Below, piece by piece: positions 30,901-41,300 of a stretch of DNA of 64,000 bases; within the stretch, counting starts at the first letter, position 1, and every line of letters starts with the position of its first letter. The stretch comes from Trypanosoma brucei. Lineage: Eukaryota. Made by a program: the position numbers and the translations under genes. The notes under the pieces were generated by a model. It was given only the letters and a program-made list of their open reading frames with translations, did not search any database and was not told the DNA's origin. The DNA lies in contig CP000066.1 of assembly GCA_000002445.1 (NCBI GenBank), positions 1,152,001 to 1,216,000 of the forward strand, written 5' to 3'.

Positions 30901-33220
30901 CAACCCCAATCTCGTCCAGAACGAGTTCAGCATGTACGGCGCACATCACCATCGCCTCGTCCTCCCTGTACGCCTCTCCGTGAGCCACTACACATTCAAA
31001 TGTTTCAGGCACTGGCAACACAGCCTTGCATATCCAACGCTTCAGTCCCTCATCAGCGTCGCTACTGACAGTAGTTTTCAACACACTCTCAAGCCGCTTG
31101 CCGTGCCGCTCCAGGTAGTCCCTCAAGCGCACTATGGCAAAGCGATCCGATTGCCTTACCGAAGGGAGCGTGTGCACGTAGTTACGTCCTTCTTCCACGT
31201 TTGTGTTTGGGTTGACAATAATATAACCATCGGCATCAGGCTTTAACGACCAGTCACTCTTCGGTAGCTCCGCACGTGCCCGCTGCAGTCGCGACTCTTC
31301 CGTGCCCATGAAGTTAGCTTGCTTCCCTGTGCCCCCTGATCCCTTGGTGAGGCACCGGGCTGGTGAAAGTCCAGGAACCATGATGCGACCAACGTGACTC
31401 ACCACATAGCGATACGGCGGCGGCAGCTTCGTGCTACGTGTGAGGTTCTGAGGAGCCTTTCCTTCATGAGACTGATTTTCTGGCTCACTGCCCAAAGGTC
31501 TGTTCAGGACCTCGAGGACGTGGAGAGCATGCATTGAGGCAGCAGTCTCCGCCTCTAGCTCCGATGTCCCTATTCCTATGGCCACGAAGGATGGTAGCAG
31601 TTCATCCGCATCACCGGCCATTACTTTTTGGTCTTTGTTTTCCTCCTCACTCCCCCTCACGGGGGTCACTGGCACCGTCACCGTGGCGCGATAGACGTGG
31701 TGATCTTTTATTCCAAGGGCTTCCACAAAAAATGGTGAGGCCGCGCTGCCGTGGCAGGTCCCGTGCTGGGTTATATAATCCATAAACTTGCGACGAGCGG
31801 ATAGAACAAGTGCGTCTAACTCCGTTACGTGAGTATAATTTTCAATTGCCTTGGCATGGCTCATGAGGAGCGACTCCAGCGAGGCTGCCACATCACCCGA
31901 GGCCACCTCGTCTGCCTCTTTGGCTAACTGTAATGGTGGAGGTGAAGGTCTGTCATAATGATACTCGCAGTCGTCCGGTCCACAGCACCACCGATTTACT
32001 TTCCGACATTCGGCTGCATGCGCCTCTTGCTTTCCTCGACAAGACGGGTACAAGGCAAGCCCTAGTGCATCGATAATGAGCTCGGCATGCATGCACGCCA
32101 GTGCGTAGGCTTCCTTCTTTGTTGGGGCCTTACCACAAGCAATGCGCTCGCCAAAGCGGCCATCGATAGGTAACCTAATTTGTGCAACGAACAGTTTGCC
32201 ATTATCTTCATCATCAGAGGTAGCCAAGCCACTGCATGATGGGGGAGCGGCATCGCCACTGCCAGACCCCACCCTATTATCATGCTTGTGCAATGCCGTT
32301 ATGCGGCAATAACGTCTAAGGAGGCAGTTGTACGATACAAAAAACTGCTTCACACGATAGACGCTACCGTGGTCCAACAGAAGCGGTGAAGCAAGCGTGA
32401 GCTTCATGGGTGTGAAGGTTCCAGCAGTAACCGTGGAAAACTCGAGCTTGTCAATCTGAAGCCGCCTCTCCGCTTCTCTCATAGCACCCTCACGCACCAG
32501 TTGCAGTCGTGGCGGTGACGGAGTGCTTGGAGGTAGCGGGTCATCACCGGGCATTGGGGCCCACCTTCCAGAACTACGGGCGGCCTCTGCATGCCGCTGC
32601 TGCTTAGATGTTAGTTGGAACATCGGTATGCCCAGTGTATCGATAATTCGCTCTGCGTGCATGGCGGCAACAAGCTCCGCCTCCTTCGACGACGGGGCGA
32701 GTCCCTCCGCCCAACGACCGCCGTAAGCACCGGGCAGAGGCACAAATAACCGCGCATGGAACAATGTATCGCCATCGCTCTCCGATGTTTGCACCTCCCG
32801 CACCTCCACAGTGAGCTGTCGTGAGCTTAGCGCCCCCTGAGGGCCCGGTGCGTCCGCCGCGGATTGCACACGTTTGATGAAATTTGCCACCTTCGCCCGT
32901 GCAAAGGTATCGAGAACAGTTATGGTCTCCGCGGCACCATCCTTTGGAGCGCCCTGCTCACCAGCCTCTGGGAGATTTTCGATATCTTCCTCCTCACCAT
33001 CCATGACATCAATTCCTTCAGGCGAAAGTAATTCAACCTCTAGGAGTTCAGGGCTTCCGTCGTCCATGTGGGGTGGCGGCTGCGCTTTAACATTTGTGTT
33101 ACCTCCCGCAAGATGGGGAGTAGTACCGAATATTCGGGTCCCAACTGTCGTCAAGCGGGCCCTACGCCACACCGGGCACAACAACCGGTCAGACACTCGT
33201 GACACCCACGGCCGTATCAT
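27908..33220 (-). CDS. Very large protein (about 1770 aa) carrying several (4 clear, possibly 7) degenerate double-stranded-RNA-binding-motif (dsRBM)-like modules; possible mitochondrial RNA-binding protein
   Basis: Four modules recur with the pattern GRFGERIACGKAPTKKEAYALACMHAELIIDALG / GRWAEGLAPSSKEAELVAAMHAERIIDTLG / GRRHAVGCASTKKEAYTLCCMHAIFTLGALG / HGEAYREDEAMVMCAVHAELVLDEIG. This resembles the C-terminal GxGxSKKEAKxxAAxxAL helix of dsRBMs. Each module is followed by a Pro-rich RWAPMPGD(D)PLPP...SPP.LQL motif. Further weaker dsRBM-like segments occur (…IGIGTSELEAETAASMHALHVLEVL; …ARGAGDEGYESVARAAMHYEYIVGVI). The likely start is MIRPWVSRVSDRLLCPVWRRARLTTVG, an Arg-rich and acid-free sequence that looks like a presequence. 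The track ORF begins at an upstream GTG and reads through a polypyrimidine tract, and I could not reconcile the exact start coordinate to within 1 nt. Confidence 0.55.
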   Translation of the reverse strand: MIRPWVSRVSDRLLCPVWRRARLTTVGTRIFGTTPHLAGGNTNVKAQPPPHMDDGSPELLEVELLSPEGIDVMDGEEEDIENLPEAGEQGAPKDGAAETITVLDTFARAKVANFIKRVQSAADAPGPQGALSSRQLTVEVREVQTSESDGDTLFHARLFVPLPGAYGGRWAEGLAPSSKEAELVAAMHAERIIDTLGIPMFQLTSKQQRHAEAARSSGRWAPMPGDDPLPPSTPSPPRLQLVREGAMREAERRLQIDKLEFSTVTAGTFTPMKLTLASPLLLDHGSVYRVKQFFVSYNCLLRRYCRITALHKHDNRVGSGSGDAAPPSCSGLATSDDEDNGKLFVAQIRLPIDGRFGERIACGKAPTKKEAYALACMHAELIIDALGLALYPSCRGKQEAHAAECRKVNRWCCGPDDCEYHYDRPSPPPLQLAKEADEVASGDVAASLESLLMSHAKAIENYTHVTELDALVLSARRKFMDYITQHGTCHGSAASPFFVEALGIKDHHVYRATVTVPVTPVRGSEEENKDQKVMAGDADELLPSFVAIGIGTSELEAETAASMHALHVLEVLNRPLGSEPENQSHEGKAPQNLTRSTKLPPPYRYVVSHVGRIMVPGLSPARCLTKGSGGTGKQANFMGTEESRLQRARAELPKSDWSLKPDADGYIIVNPNTNVEEGRNYVHTLPSVRQSDRFAIVRLRDYLERHGKRLESVLKTTVSSDADEGLKRWICKAVLPVPETFECVVAHGEAYREDEAMVMCAVHAELVLDEIGVAMYDLPALQKKHSGAAALLGRWAPLGPGQRRQIVCIPPPVRKEHEKSCLWARLSKEATTKMRESVPKEEMPAMESPPPSQRLPDVTSSTPSMGSTMAPSAPTSVDLKDDTLCDLSKLVSVHSSDILQTAPRLFDFYCRRMGVDVSRVTRQYNVSSPLHGFVHRAIAEIPLPTQFGRRHAVGCASTKKEAYTLCCMHAIFTLGALGVPVYSGSRQAEFAGNARRRGRPAPMPGDPLMPANTESPPGLKSLPDMHKEKPVVPTVPPRSECRKPFVWGSYLTACRAYIKRCKEHLIFDALFEQKRAPRSGVELEDTGLDIVEALPLFTNARSQLPQKCAASGLPSPPPYSFRFEVYGRVPNRRYLVEQPILGTHFVARGAGDEGYESVARAAMHYEYIVGVIKNSRLPDGVTDSKRVILRNQSKDIYDSSLRDFTPRGKLSVMALYTVLHAPFKPLRLMVKERATTGPSSQVTLITLLEMEDESGLRMTGKGEYCDNEEESRNRAIAELFKQLQLKSAFQATAQMFRSHPQLRVEGASHVADEGKLIGPLHALLSEHKIPFPSKPRTEQYAQLVQSLRRGEGFFDSQELQLLLSAVQCELGLLTSPKPLTLPSAARNLFISMGLTSPEDLERRSQGDAEGVNLITVALSLLAACVPPPLPQHGGEQVSVNGALPLQFAKLLLAGFLMDCQHLCLRVLALVLSSLTGRGSIVDGHRSSCRGGEVGGYDVLELMLPALSEDAQRFLNIIVPRLRRLVEHVEASVPAFDPLRVLLTSSPIPTAEALCQPLTDGLAPSREGRLRLAVTFASFPRAFVQKRAVAHNATSQVTVESKDLKRVLNVRVPPPLLVSCGVSQPRGGVVAKSGDGSAGAGATASSRVYSSLPCFAAFDKIPTSGDTHCMIQPVFGVFTTPFALLLASACCNDPRTLAVMDDVPGLAVVDGFVPVVTRGSESLSTLLELRAAAKSHWSGLRPLPAELQRAVDTLLSAEHNLAHIVQSGLLE

Positions 33221-34242
33221 TTTTCTCCGGTATACGAAAAAAAAATAAGGAGGAGGAGGAAGAAAAAGAAGGTTGCGTACGTGCTCTGCGAAATAGGTCC
33301 GACAGACACATACCGGGGGAAGAGTGACCCAACTCATGAAGTCACGCAGAAAACAAGTTCGTGTAGAGAGAAATACGCCAGTGAGCGTGTACACGTATAC
33401 TGAAAAGGGCAGAAGAAAAAAAAGTGGCCGAAGAAAACGCTCGCTGATGGAAATAAAATTTGGGGAGAGAGTGCATGAGGGAGGGACGAAAACAAGTCTG
33501 CCGTCCGGACACTACCGAACAGACGCCTTCCACGTAGGGGTGACGTGTTGACGGCGACACATGGAAAAAAGAAACGGGGAGATATAGACAAAGAGATGGG
33601 ATAGACCGCCCGTATTCGTGTGAGCTTGTCTTTCACTTCAAAAAAAAAAAACAAAAAAAAACAAAAAATAACAATAATAACGATCCGGCACAACACAGCA
33701 CATGGGGCAGTGGCCGACTGTTTTCTTCAGAACACTTATGACGCGTGAACTGCCATCTTTTTTTTTCCCCCTTCCCCTCGAAGCAGTATACCAAGTCACG
33801 GTCATCCCATTTCCCTCTTCATTTTTGTTTTATCCTTCCATTCCCCTCTCTGCTGCGAGCACTCGTCACTTGTTGCACTTGAATACTTCTATATAACCAA
33901 CCCACATATTCCTCTACGCTGTCTTGACACCTCTCTTTCATCCAATTGCGCCCGACCTCTGCCTATCTACACATTTTTAGTTTCCCCTCTCCCCCCTTGC
34001 CTTTTCCACCCCAACCATACGCATCAACTTGAGCCGAAGAACAAGCAAGCACCCGAATTCACATCCATAAGCGCCTCCTTTTTAAAAAAAAAATATATCG
34101 CACTTGCACATGTTTCATCAACTGCTTATCCGCAACGAGGATACACACACAAAAATGGAACTTTTCTTCCAGCCCCACGTTCACGCACCTCTTCCGCCCT
34201 CCCGATCGCACGAGCCGTGTAGACCACTTCTGCAACAGTAAT

Positions 34243-36843
34243 CTACTCAAAATCCTCATCGTCGTCGTCGTTCACTGCAATAATATCATCACTAGAATTG
34301 CTATCAACTTCCCCAAGCTCGGCTTTTACATCCTCTTGCTGCTCATCTCTCGGCTCACCGCAGTATTTCCCAATGGTACGGTTGATATTAAGGCAATACT
34401 CAAACGTCTCCTTCACCAACCTCTTACGAGGATAGCCAAAATTCACAGCCAGGCGCAGTGCATGCAACAATTGTAGGGGGAGCCCAACGAGCAAAACAGC
34501 GGAGATAAAAACAAATTCGCCCACCGCCTTTAGGTAGAGCTTGTAGTCCAGAAGAAGGAATGAGGCGTTGAATGCGCAGCACAGGAGCGCGGCGTTACAT
34601 GGCATCACCAGCAAAAGTAGCGCCGCCAAAAGAACGGGCAGTGCCCAAAAGACTCCCGTTGAAGCAATGAAAAACATAGCGGAAAAGATGATGAGACGGA
34701 CCTTGAGCCATGCGGGTCGCTTCTGTTCAGGAGGCAACACTCGCTCACGACGAAGAAACACAAATGCTAAGGGGACCCTCTGCGTTGGCACATCGCCTTC
34801 GCCACCTGCTTGAAGCCAGTTATCCAACGTCTGTAGCCGTTCCTTGTCAAACAGAAAGTCCTCCATGTACACCACATGCGCCGCAAGCCACACAGCTATG
34901 GCCCGCATAACTCGCAGCTGCGTCCGCTTAATGGGGAAAACCTTCAGGCACGACACGATGACTCCCGTCCCTGCTCCGAGTAGTATATTAATAGAGGAGG
35001 TCGACGAGAGAAAGTGAATGAGGGATTTGACGAAAGGAAGCGTATTGGCCAAAAGACCAGAAACCACCAACGAGGGCACTTCCAGTGGCTCCGTCAACAA
35101 CTCCTGCAACGACCCCCATCCACTCTCAAATGAACCATCAAAAGGCGGAATCACTCCGTTCGCAGGCGAATTCCCCATCAAATATTCGCCACTGTTGTGA
35201 AGAACCCACGCCAGTTTGATACCCGCAGACCCAAACACCTTCGTCGCAAGAAGGTCATTCAAGAAGAACATGGCCTGAAGCGGGAGTGCCAGAAATGCAA
35301 ACAGTGTCACAACCTCAATTAACGCCAAGCGGGGGAAGTCAAATAAAACCTGAAGGGGGTCCGAATCAAATATTTGTGCCAGTATAAAGCTCCAATAGGC
35401 GGAGTCACTGTCGACGTTTAGATCCACGCTGCGAACAAAAAACAGGTCCACACCAGGAGCAAATATGTTCACAATCACCGTTGTTTCGATGCACATCAGT
35501 AAGATGGAGGACAAAGTGCCTGACGCCCAGTACAGCAAAAGTCGAAGAAACGTGATACTCTCATTCAAAGCCGGAATGGAAGTTGGGAACGTCAATATAT
35601 GAGGGGAAAGCGCGTAGTGAATGACAAGACCTCCAATTATGGTCAGAGCAAACGAAAAGAGCGCCATTTCGGTGATGTATGTAATGAACCACTTCACTAG
35701 ATCGGAGTACGTTGCATTATGCCTCCGCTCCTGCGCCTCGTCAAATCGGCGCATGTTGTCGTTGATTTTCTTCCGCTGAAAAAGCAACCGCATAAGAACT
35801 GCACCCAGAAAAATGAGAGTGAACACCAGTACTCTCCCATACGTAAAACTAATGATGTATGCGATCGCAGTGAGTGCGCACAGCTCCATGGAGCGAAGCC
35901 ACAACATCTGACGCGTGCATCCCGTCATACTGACGACAATATCAAAATAATAATGAAGGCATTCGACCAGGGTGTATGGTGGGGGCTTCGGAGCATCATC
36001 TACCGCATCGTTAATGAATTCAGCGCGCCACTGTCCCCAACTGACCCACAAACTGCGCCACAGAGCTGTGCTGCACCAACCGAACAGCATAACACCGACC
36101 CACAACCAAACACCACTAGAGCCCCCCACCCCACCATTTGGTGCATTTGCGCGGGTGGTCGCAGTGCTGCCACCCAAATCCGCAGCAGCGCCAACATTAC
36201 CGAATGATTTGGGCGCTTGATCACCAGCATCGGCAAACACCTCCCCATGATAGAAGGCACATCCAACGGCAAACGCAATAGCGAAACCGTTAATCACCAG
36301 CCCCAGAAGAATACTTGCACATTTACAAAATAAAGGCAGATAGAGGTGCCGAACTAGTAAAACTGCTTCATGTAGAAACCCTTTGGGGAAATCTTCACTA
36401 CTAACAGAAATAACGTTGTATGTTGCATTGCAGCTCGGACATCGGACGCGGCGCTGCGAGAACACCCAATAATTGAGGCACCCGGTGTGAACTAAACCAA
36501 TCGACCCACGACAGCGGCATAAACCACTCGTTAAGCGATTTTCTGGCGTATCGGACGCCTCACGGCAGATCCAACACTCCCTGGCATCAGCAACCACCGA
36601 CGTTGTGGAATCATTTTGGCTCCCCGAAGGACCCACCGGCTCAATTCCCCTTGTGATTTGTGTTGAATTCCTTTCTTTACTGTCAACCATCTCCACACTG
36701 TCACGATGCGGAGAGGCTCCACATGCGTCCTCATGTGCAACTTCAACATAAGCACCGTCGCTGATTCCTCTTGCCTCCACTGCACCTTGAGGTGATGATG
36801 CACCATTTGGCCCCAATGTCCTTAGCTGCAGCGGTGCGTCCAT
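34243..36843 (-). CDS. Polytopic membrane protein with an N-terminal RING-CH (C4HC3, MARCH/Doa10-type) zinc finger; putative membrane-bound E3 ubiquitin ligase
   Basis: The track ORF starts at a TTG; the first ATG is 36843 (MDAPLQL...). The RING-variant is CWICREASDTPENRLTSGLCRCRGSIGLVHTGCLNYWVFSQRRVRCPSCN (C-x2-C ... C-x-C ... H-x2-C ... C-x2-C). It is followed by at least 12 hydrophobic helices and an acidic C-terminal tail. Confidence 0.6.
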   Translation of the reverse strand: MDAPLQLRTLGPNGASSPQGAVEARGISDGAYVEVAHEDACGASPHRDSVEMVDSKERNSTQITRGIEPVGPSGSQNDSTTSVVADARECWICREASDTPENRLTSGLCRCRGSIGLVHTGCLNYWVFSQRRVRCPSCNATYNVISVSSEDFPKGFLHEAVLLVRHLYLPLFCKCASILLGLVINGFAIAFAVGCAFYHGEVFADAGDQAPKSFGNVGAAADLGGSTATTRANAPNGGVGGSSGVWLWVGVMLFGWCSTALWRSLWVSWGQWRAEFINDAVDDAPKPPPYTLVECLHYYFDIVVSMTGCTRQMLWLRSMELCALTAIAYIISFTYGRVLVFTLIFLGAVLMRLLFQRKKINDNMRRFDEAQERRHNATYSDLVKWFITYITEMALFSFALTIIGGLVIHYALSPHILTFPTSIPALNESITFLRLLLYWASGTLSSILLMCIETTVIVNIFAPGVDLFFVRSVDLNVDSDSAYWSFILAQIFDSDPLQVLFDFPRLALIEVVTLFAFLALPLQAMFFLNDLLATKVFGSAGIKLAWVLHNSGEYLMGNSPANGVIPPFDGSFESGWGSLQELLTEPLEVPSLVVSGLLANTLPFVKSLIHFLSSTSSINILLGAGTGVIVSCLKVFPIKRTQLRVMRAIAVWLAAHVVYMEDFLFDKERLQTLDNWLQAGGEGDVPTQRVPLAFVFLRRERVLPPEQKRPAWLKVRLIIFSAMFFIASTGVFWALPVLLAALLLLVMPCNAALLCCAFNASFLLLDYKLYLKAVGEFVFISAVLLVGLPLQLLHALRLAVNFGYPRKRLVKETFEYCLNINRTIGKYCGEPRDEQQEDVKAELGEVDSNSSDDIIAVNDDDDEDFE

Positions 36844-38316
36844 ACCACTCAACTAAATAATGCACCCCTGCTTCCGTAACCGCTTGCCTTTCACAAAAAT
36901 AGTAATAATAATAATAATAGCAGCAATAAATCCCTCGCTCACTCGAGGCTTTAAGATATAAAAAACCCTTTGCCACAGTGAACTTCCGTATGTTTCACAC
37001 GAAAAGCTGGGTAAGAGGATAGACCTGCCCTCTCCTCTACTCAACTTCGCTGGCGGTTTGTGAACACGCTTCAAATCATTCCGGTGAGATGTGTGAGATT
37101 TTAAAAGAAGAAAGAAACAAAAAAAATAGGCGGATGATTAGGAATAAAAGCAAACAACCAAACAAATGAGTCTCCCCCGCGCGCAAGCCGAAACCCATCA
37201 GAGACGTACAGAGACACACAGTCAGAGAGAGAGAGTGAATGATCCAAGAGCAGTAGCGCATGAAAAATAAACATAAGAAGGGTGATTTCATTAACGTTGC
37301 TCGTGTTTCTTTCCTTTTGTTTTTTACTTATCTCGTGAAAGCATAGAAACAAGACACGGAGCAAACCCTTTCGGACCGAAAACTCACAGCAACGAAACGG
37401 CGTAAAAAGGAAAAAGAAGAAAAGAAAAGAAATCATCAATGGGTCAAAGAACCCCTTGCAAACACAAGGCCACAACTAGAGAAACAAGAACGTCATTTAT
37501 GCCAATCAAAAAGAAACAAGCACAGGCCAAACCGTTTAGCAAAACAACCAAGTAGCCGTGAAGAGAATAGGAAAAGAAAAAAAAGTTACCCCTCACAACA
37601 GAAAACCAAGATGAAAAAGAAAAAGATAGGAATGACGAAAAGTTTTGGAAGGATCACTCACGTTCGTTACGAGGACAGCAAAAAAAAAACATACATGGGC
37701 ATACAACCACCTGAACATACTTATTGATCACGGACGTATATATGTATGTATATATATATATATATATATATATGCACATACGCAAACAAAAAAAACAAAA
37801 AACGAATTCCCTCCCTTTTTCTCTCCCCCCGTCTGCTTGTCTATCTGTTTGTTGCTGTTGTTGTCGTTTTCACATATTTGGAGTTTGCCTCGCATGTTGG
37901 AGGTTCAAATTTTACGAAAGAGAGGAATAGGAAGGGGAAACACACCTGCACGACGACAATGGCGGGAATAATACTAGTAGGGACGACAGCGATGATGATA
38001 ATGACAACAATAATAATAATATTATTATTATTATTTAAAGCAGTGAGAGATACACATGACGGGCAGCTGCTTCCATCAAAAGTATGTGGTAAACATACAT
38101 GCTGATGCCTTGAGGAAGATACGAATTTTGTCAACCACTTCGTTGCTGATGTTCCTTTTAATTTTACTTTTTTTCCCCTCTTCTTTATGCATATGAACAC
38201 ATGTCTCATTGTAGCCTATCCTTTTCCGCTTCCTTTCGGCACATGAACCGAACGCTATTCGAATGCTAGTCATCTTTGACTTTCTTTTTCTTTCTTTTGT
38301 TTCGCGCTCACTTTCT

Positions 38317-41300
38317 TCATGGTAGTCTTTCCATCTCAATATATTCTTCCCTTCCGATATAAGTGTTTTCACTACTCCCTTCCCTATTCTCCGACCTCAT
38401 GACCCCTTCACAACCCCGCTGGTGCGTTTGCGCCCCTTTTCCCTTTTCCACAATCACTTCGGTATCACCGGCGGCGGAATAACCCGTGCCACTCATTAAT
38501 GCTTGCCCGGAGGCTGACGTTTCTAAGGAACTATCGGGAGTATTACGGCGTAACTTATACATCACCAAGCCAGCAGCAACTACCAACAGAGAAATCAGAA
38601 GTATGGAAACAACGAAAAGAATTCCGATCGTGCGGGCGACGTCTTGGAACCCAATACCAGTTTCGTTCACGTCGCCTTCAAATCCTAATGGCGGGATCCC
38701 CGACGCCATAAACTTTCTGCAATAGAGGAAGAATTGCTGACGGTGGCTGGACTCAACCATCGACAACTCATCAGCAAATTCGCTAAAAAGAACTTGGGCG
38801 CCGGGCCTGCCCTGCTCGGGATAAACGGCCAGACGAAAAGAGGGGACATCCTGCACTTTATTCTGCGATGAGGCATTGTGAACGAGAGTCATGAATACTT
38901 GTGCTGTGGATTCCCCTATAAGTAGTGAGCGGCCTATGGTCATCCGCAAGTACCTGCATGTGGGCCCCATTTCGACCTTCTCTTCACTAAGGACAGACAC
39001 GATTGAATCGCCCCTAATGGTACCGTTACGGTAGTTACCAGTATCCACACTAGTTTTGTGCAAAAGTCTGACCACTAACCCCAACCCATTGCTCGGTACA
39101 CGGTGCAACCCATCCTCAAAGTGCATGTGTACATTAAGGTGGGGTGCTGATCCGTTGACGTTGGTGAAAAGTATGGAGCTCTCAGCATTAACTGAGACAT
39201 TGAAGCGGGTGACATTGTTAAGGTTATTCAAATCAACTGTGATGGACTCCGCTTTGGTTTCTTCCGTTGGCGCATTTTCGCACATCCAACCCGTGTTGTT
39301 AACGTGGCACATGCAGAACCCACCACCCAAGTCGCTGCAACTGGCACCCTCAACGCAGTTGAACGTGCAGCTGGGATCGTTAGGCTCAACAAAGCTGTAG
39401 CGTATTTTAAATCCCTCCCGCCTCCGGGACCAACCTGAGGTGAAATGGAGGAGGACAACGTTCGAATGAGATAGAAACACGGCTCCCTGGGCAGTGTCAC
39501 CTGTGTCTGTACGGACAGGTGCAGATTCATCATGCCCCAAATCGGTCACATGGAGCGCGTCCGACGGCTTGTCCACGTTGAACTTCTCATACACAAGCTT
39601 TATGCGGTAACCACGCGGCGCCTCAACAATCCACCGACAAAACGTCACAGGTGCGTACTTGCCAAACCCATTAATCTCAATATACCCCTCGCTGGGAGCA
39701 GTTACTAAAGTGGGGAACCCGTCCTCGGCACACCAATGACTGCGTTCGTTGCATAATTCACCGTGGAAGTTGGGACAGCAATACTCACAGTTGGGCCCGG
39801 TGAAACAACCCTCCCCGCCAACCCGCGTATCCGCTCGACATTTGCACTCCCCCGAATTTTCATCACATTCCCCTCTTCCACTGCATTTGCAGTCCGATAA
39901 GCATGATGGGCCGTACCACCCCTTTTTGCAACTGGAGCAACTGGCATCGGCAAAATTCTCGCTAATGCATTCACATCCGCTTTCCGGCGAGGTACATGTA
40001 CCCTGCCCGTGGCACACAGACTCTGCATCGCACACAGAGCAATCAATGAAGCGATATCCTTCATTACACCTGCATGTGCCGCTGTTGCAGGTCCCGTGGC
40101 CACTACAACCGTTCGGGCAGGTGTGGCTAACTTCTTCACAGTTCCTAACATGTTCAAAGCCCTCGGCAGACACAACGACAGCGTACGGTTGTGTCTTATT
40201 ATCGGGAATGGAAGCCCCAAAGACGACAACACGGAACCCATTGTCCATGTCGCTCGTAGACATCAACTGTATTCGCTCTACCACATTAGAAGAATCACGT
40301 CTCTTTTCCCCTCCGGCGTGGTAAATAGTCCCTTTAGAGTCAGTGACAAAAAGATCCAAATCGTTCACGAGCGATTTGCGAGCGCCTTCGAGAGCAACGC
40401 CTCGGTCAGTCCACGCAAGTGATACCCGCACGGAGCGCTGAGAGTCAGTTTGATCTGCCTTCTTCTTAAAGCAGTACACATTTGTTCCGTGGTGGCTGAT
40501 ATCTTCTCTGTCGCGGAACCATCCCCTTGTGCCCGTTGGGGAAAAGAAGAGAGATAAATCAAGACGGCCAAAGCCACTCACGGTGGAGTTACTCAACGGC
40601 ACCGTAGAGTGGACCATCAGAGCTTTCAGCAAAGCAGCAGAAGGTGAAGCAGTTCGATTTAGCCTCCGTACATACTGACGCAACAGTGTAGCGGCGCCCG
40701 CGACGGCCGCAGTTGCCATCGATGAACCCCGCTTGGCCACCACTTTACATTGTTTTGCTGATGCTTTGCCAGAGGAAAGAGCAGACACCACCTCTTCCCC
40801 GGGACCGACAAGATCGGGTTTCATCCTACCGTCGTATGTTGGACCATGCGAAGAAAACGAAGAAACAATGTCTTTCGAAGCGTCAAACACGTTTTTGTGT
40901 GACCCCACGCACATCACGTTCTTACCACGACACGGAGTCATTAGGCCATCTTGGATACTGTTGCCAGTGGAGAAGATAAGTAGCGCATCGTCATAACTAC
41001 TCGCAAACTCATCCATATCCTTTTCCACAGCAGAATACTCGGAGGGAGCAACAAAACCCCACGAGTTTGAGAACACACGGGCTCCAGCGCCATATCCGGG
41101 ACGAATAATTTGAGTAACGTCGTGGGGGAGGACAAGCTCTGACTGGGATGGGCAGCCCAACCCCCTGAAGAAAATCTTCGCCCCCTTGGCGACACCATTA
41201 TACTTGGCATTACCGTCGTTACTAATAACACTCCCCGCTGCGGTACCTGCCACGTGCGTGCCATGACCTATTTCCTCATCCCCAGCAAAGTAATCCCCCC

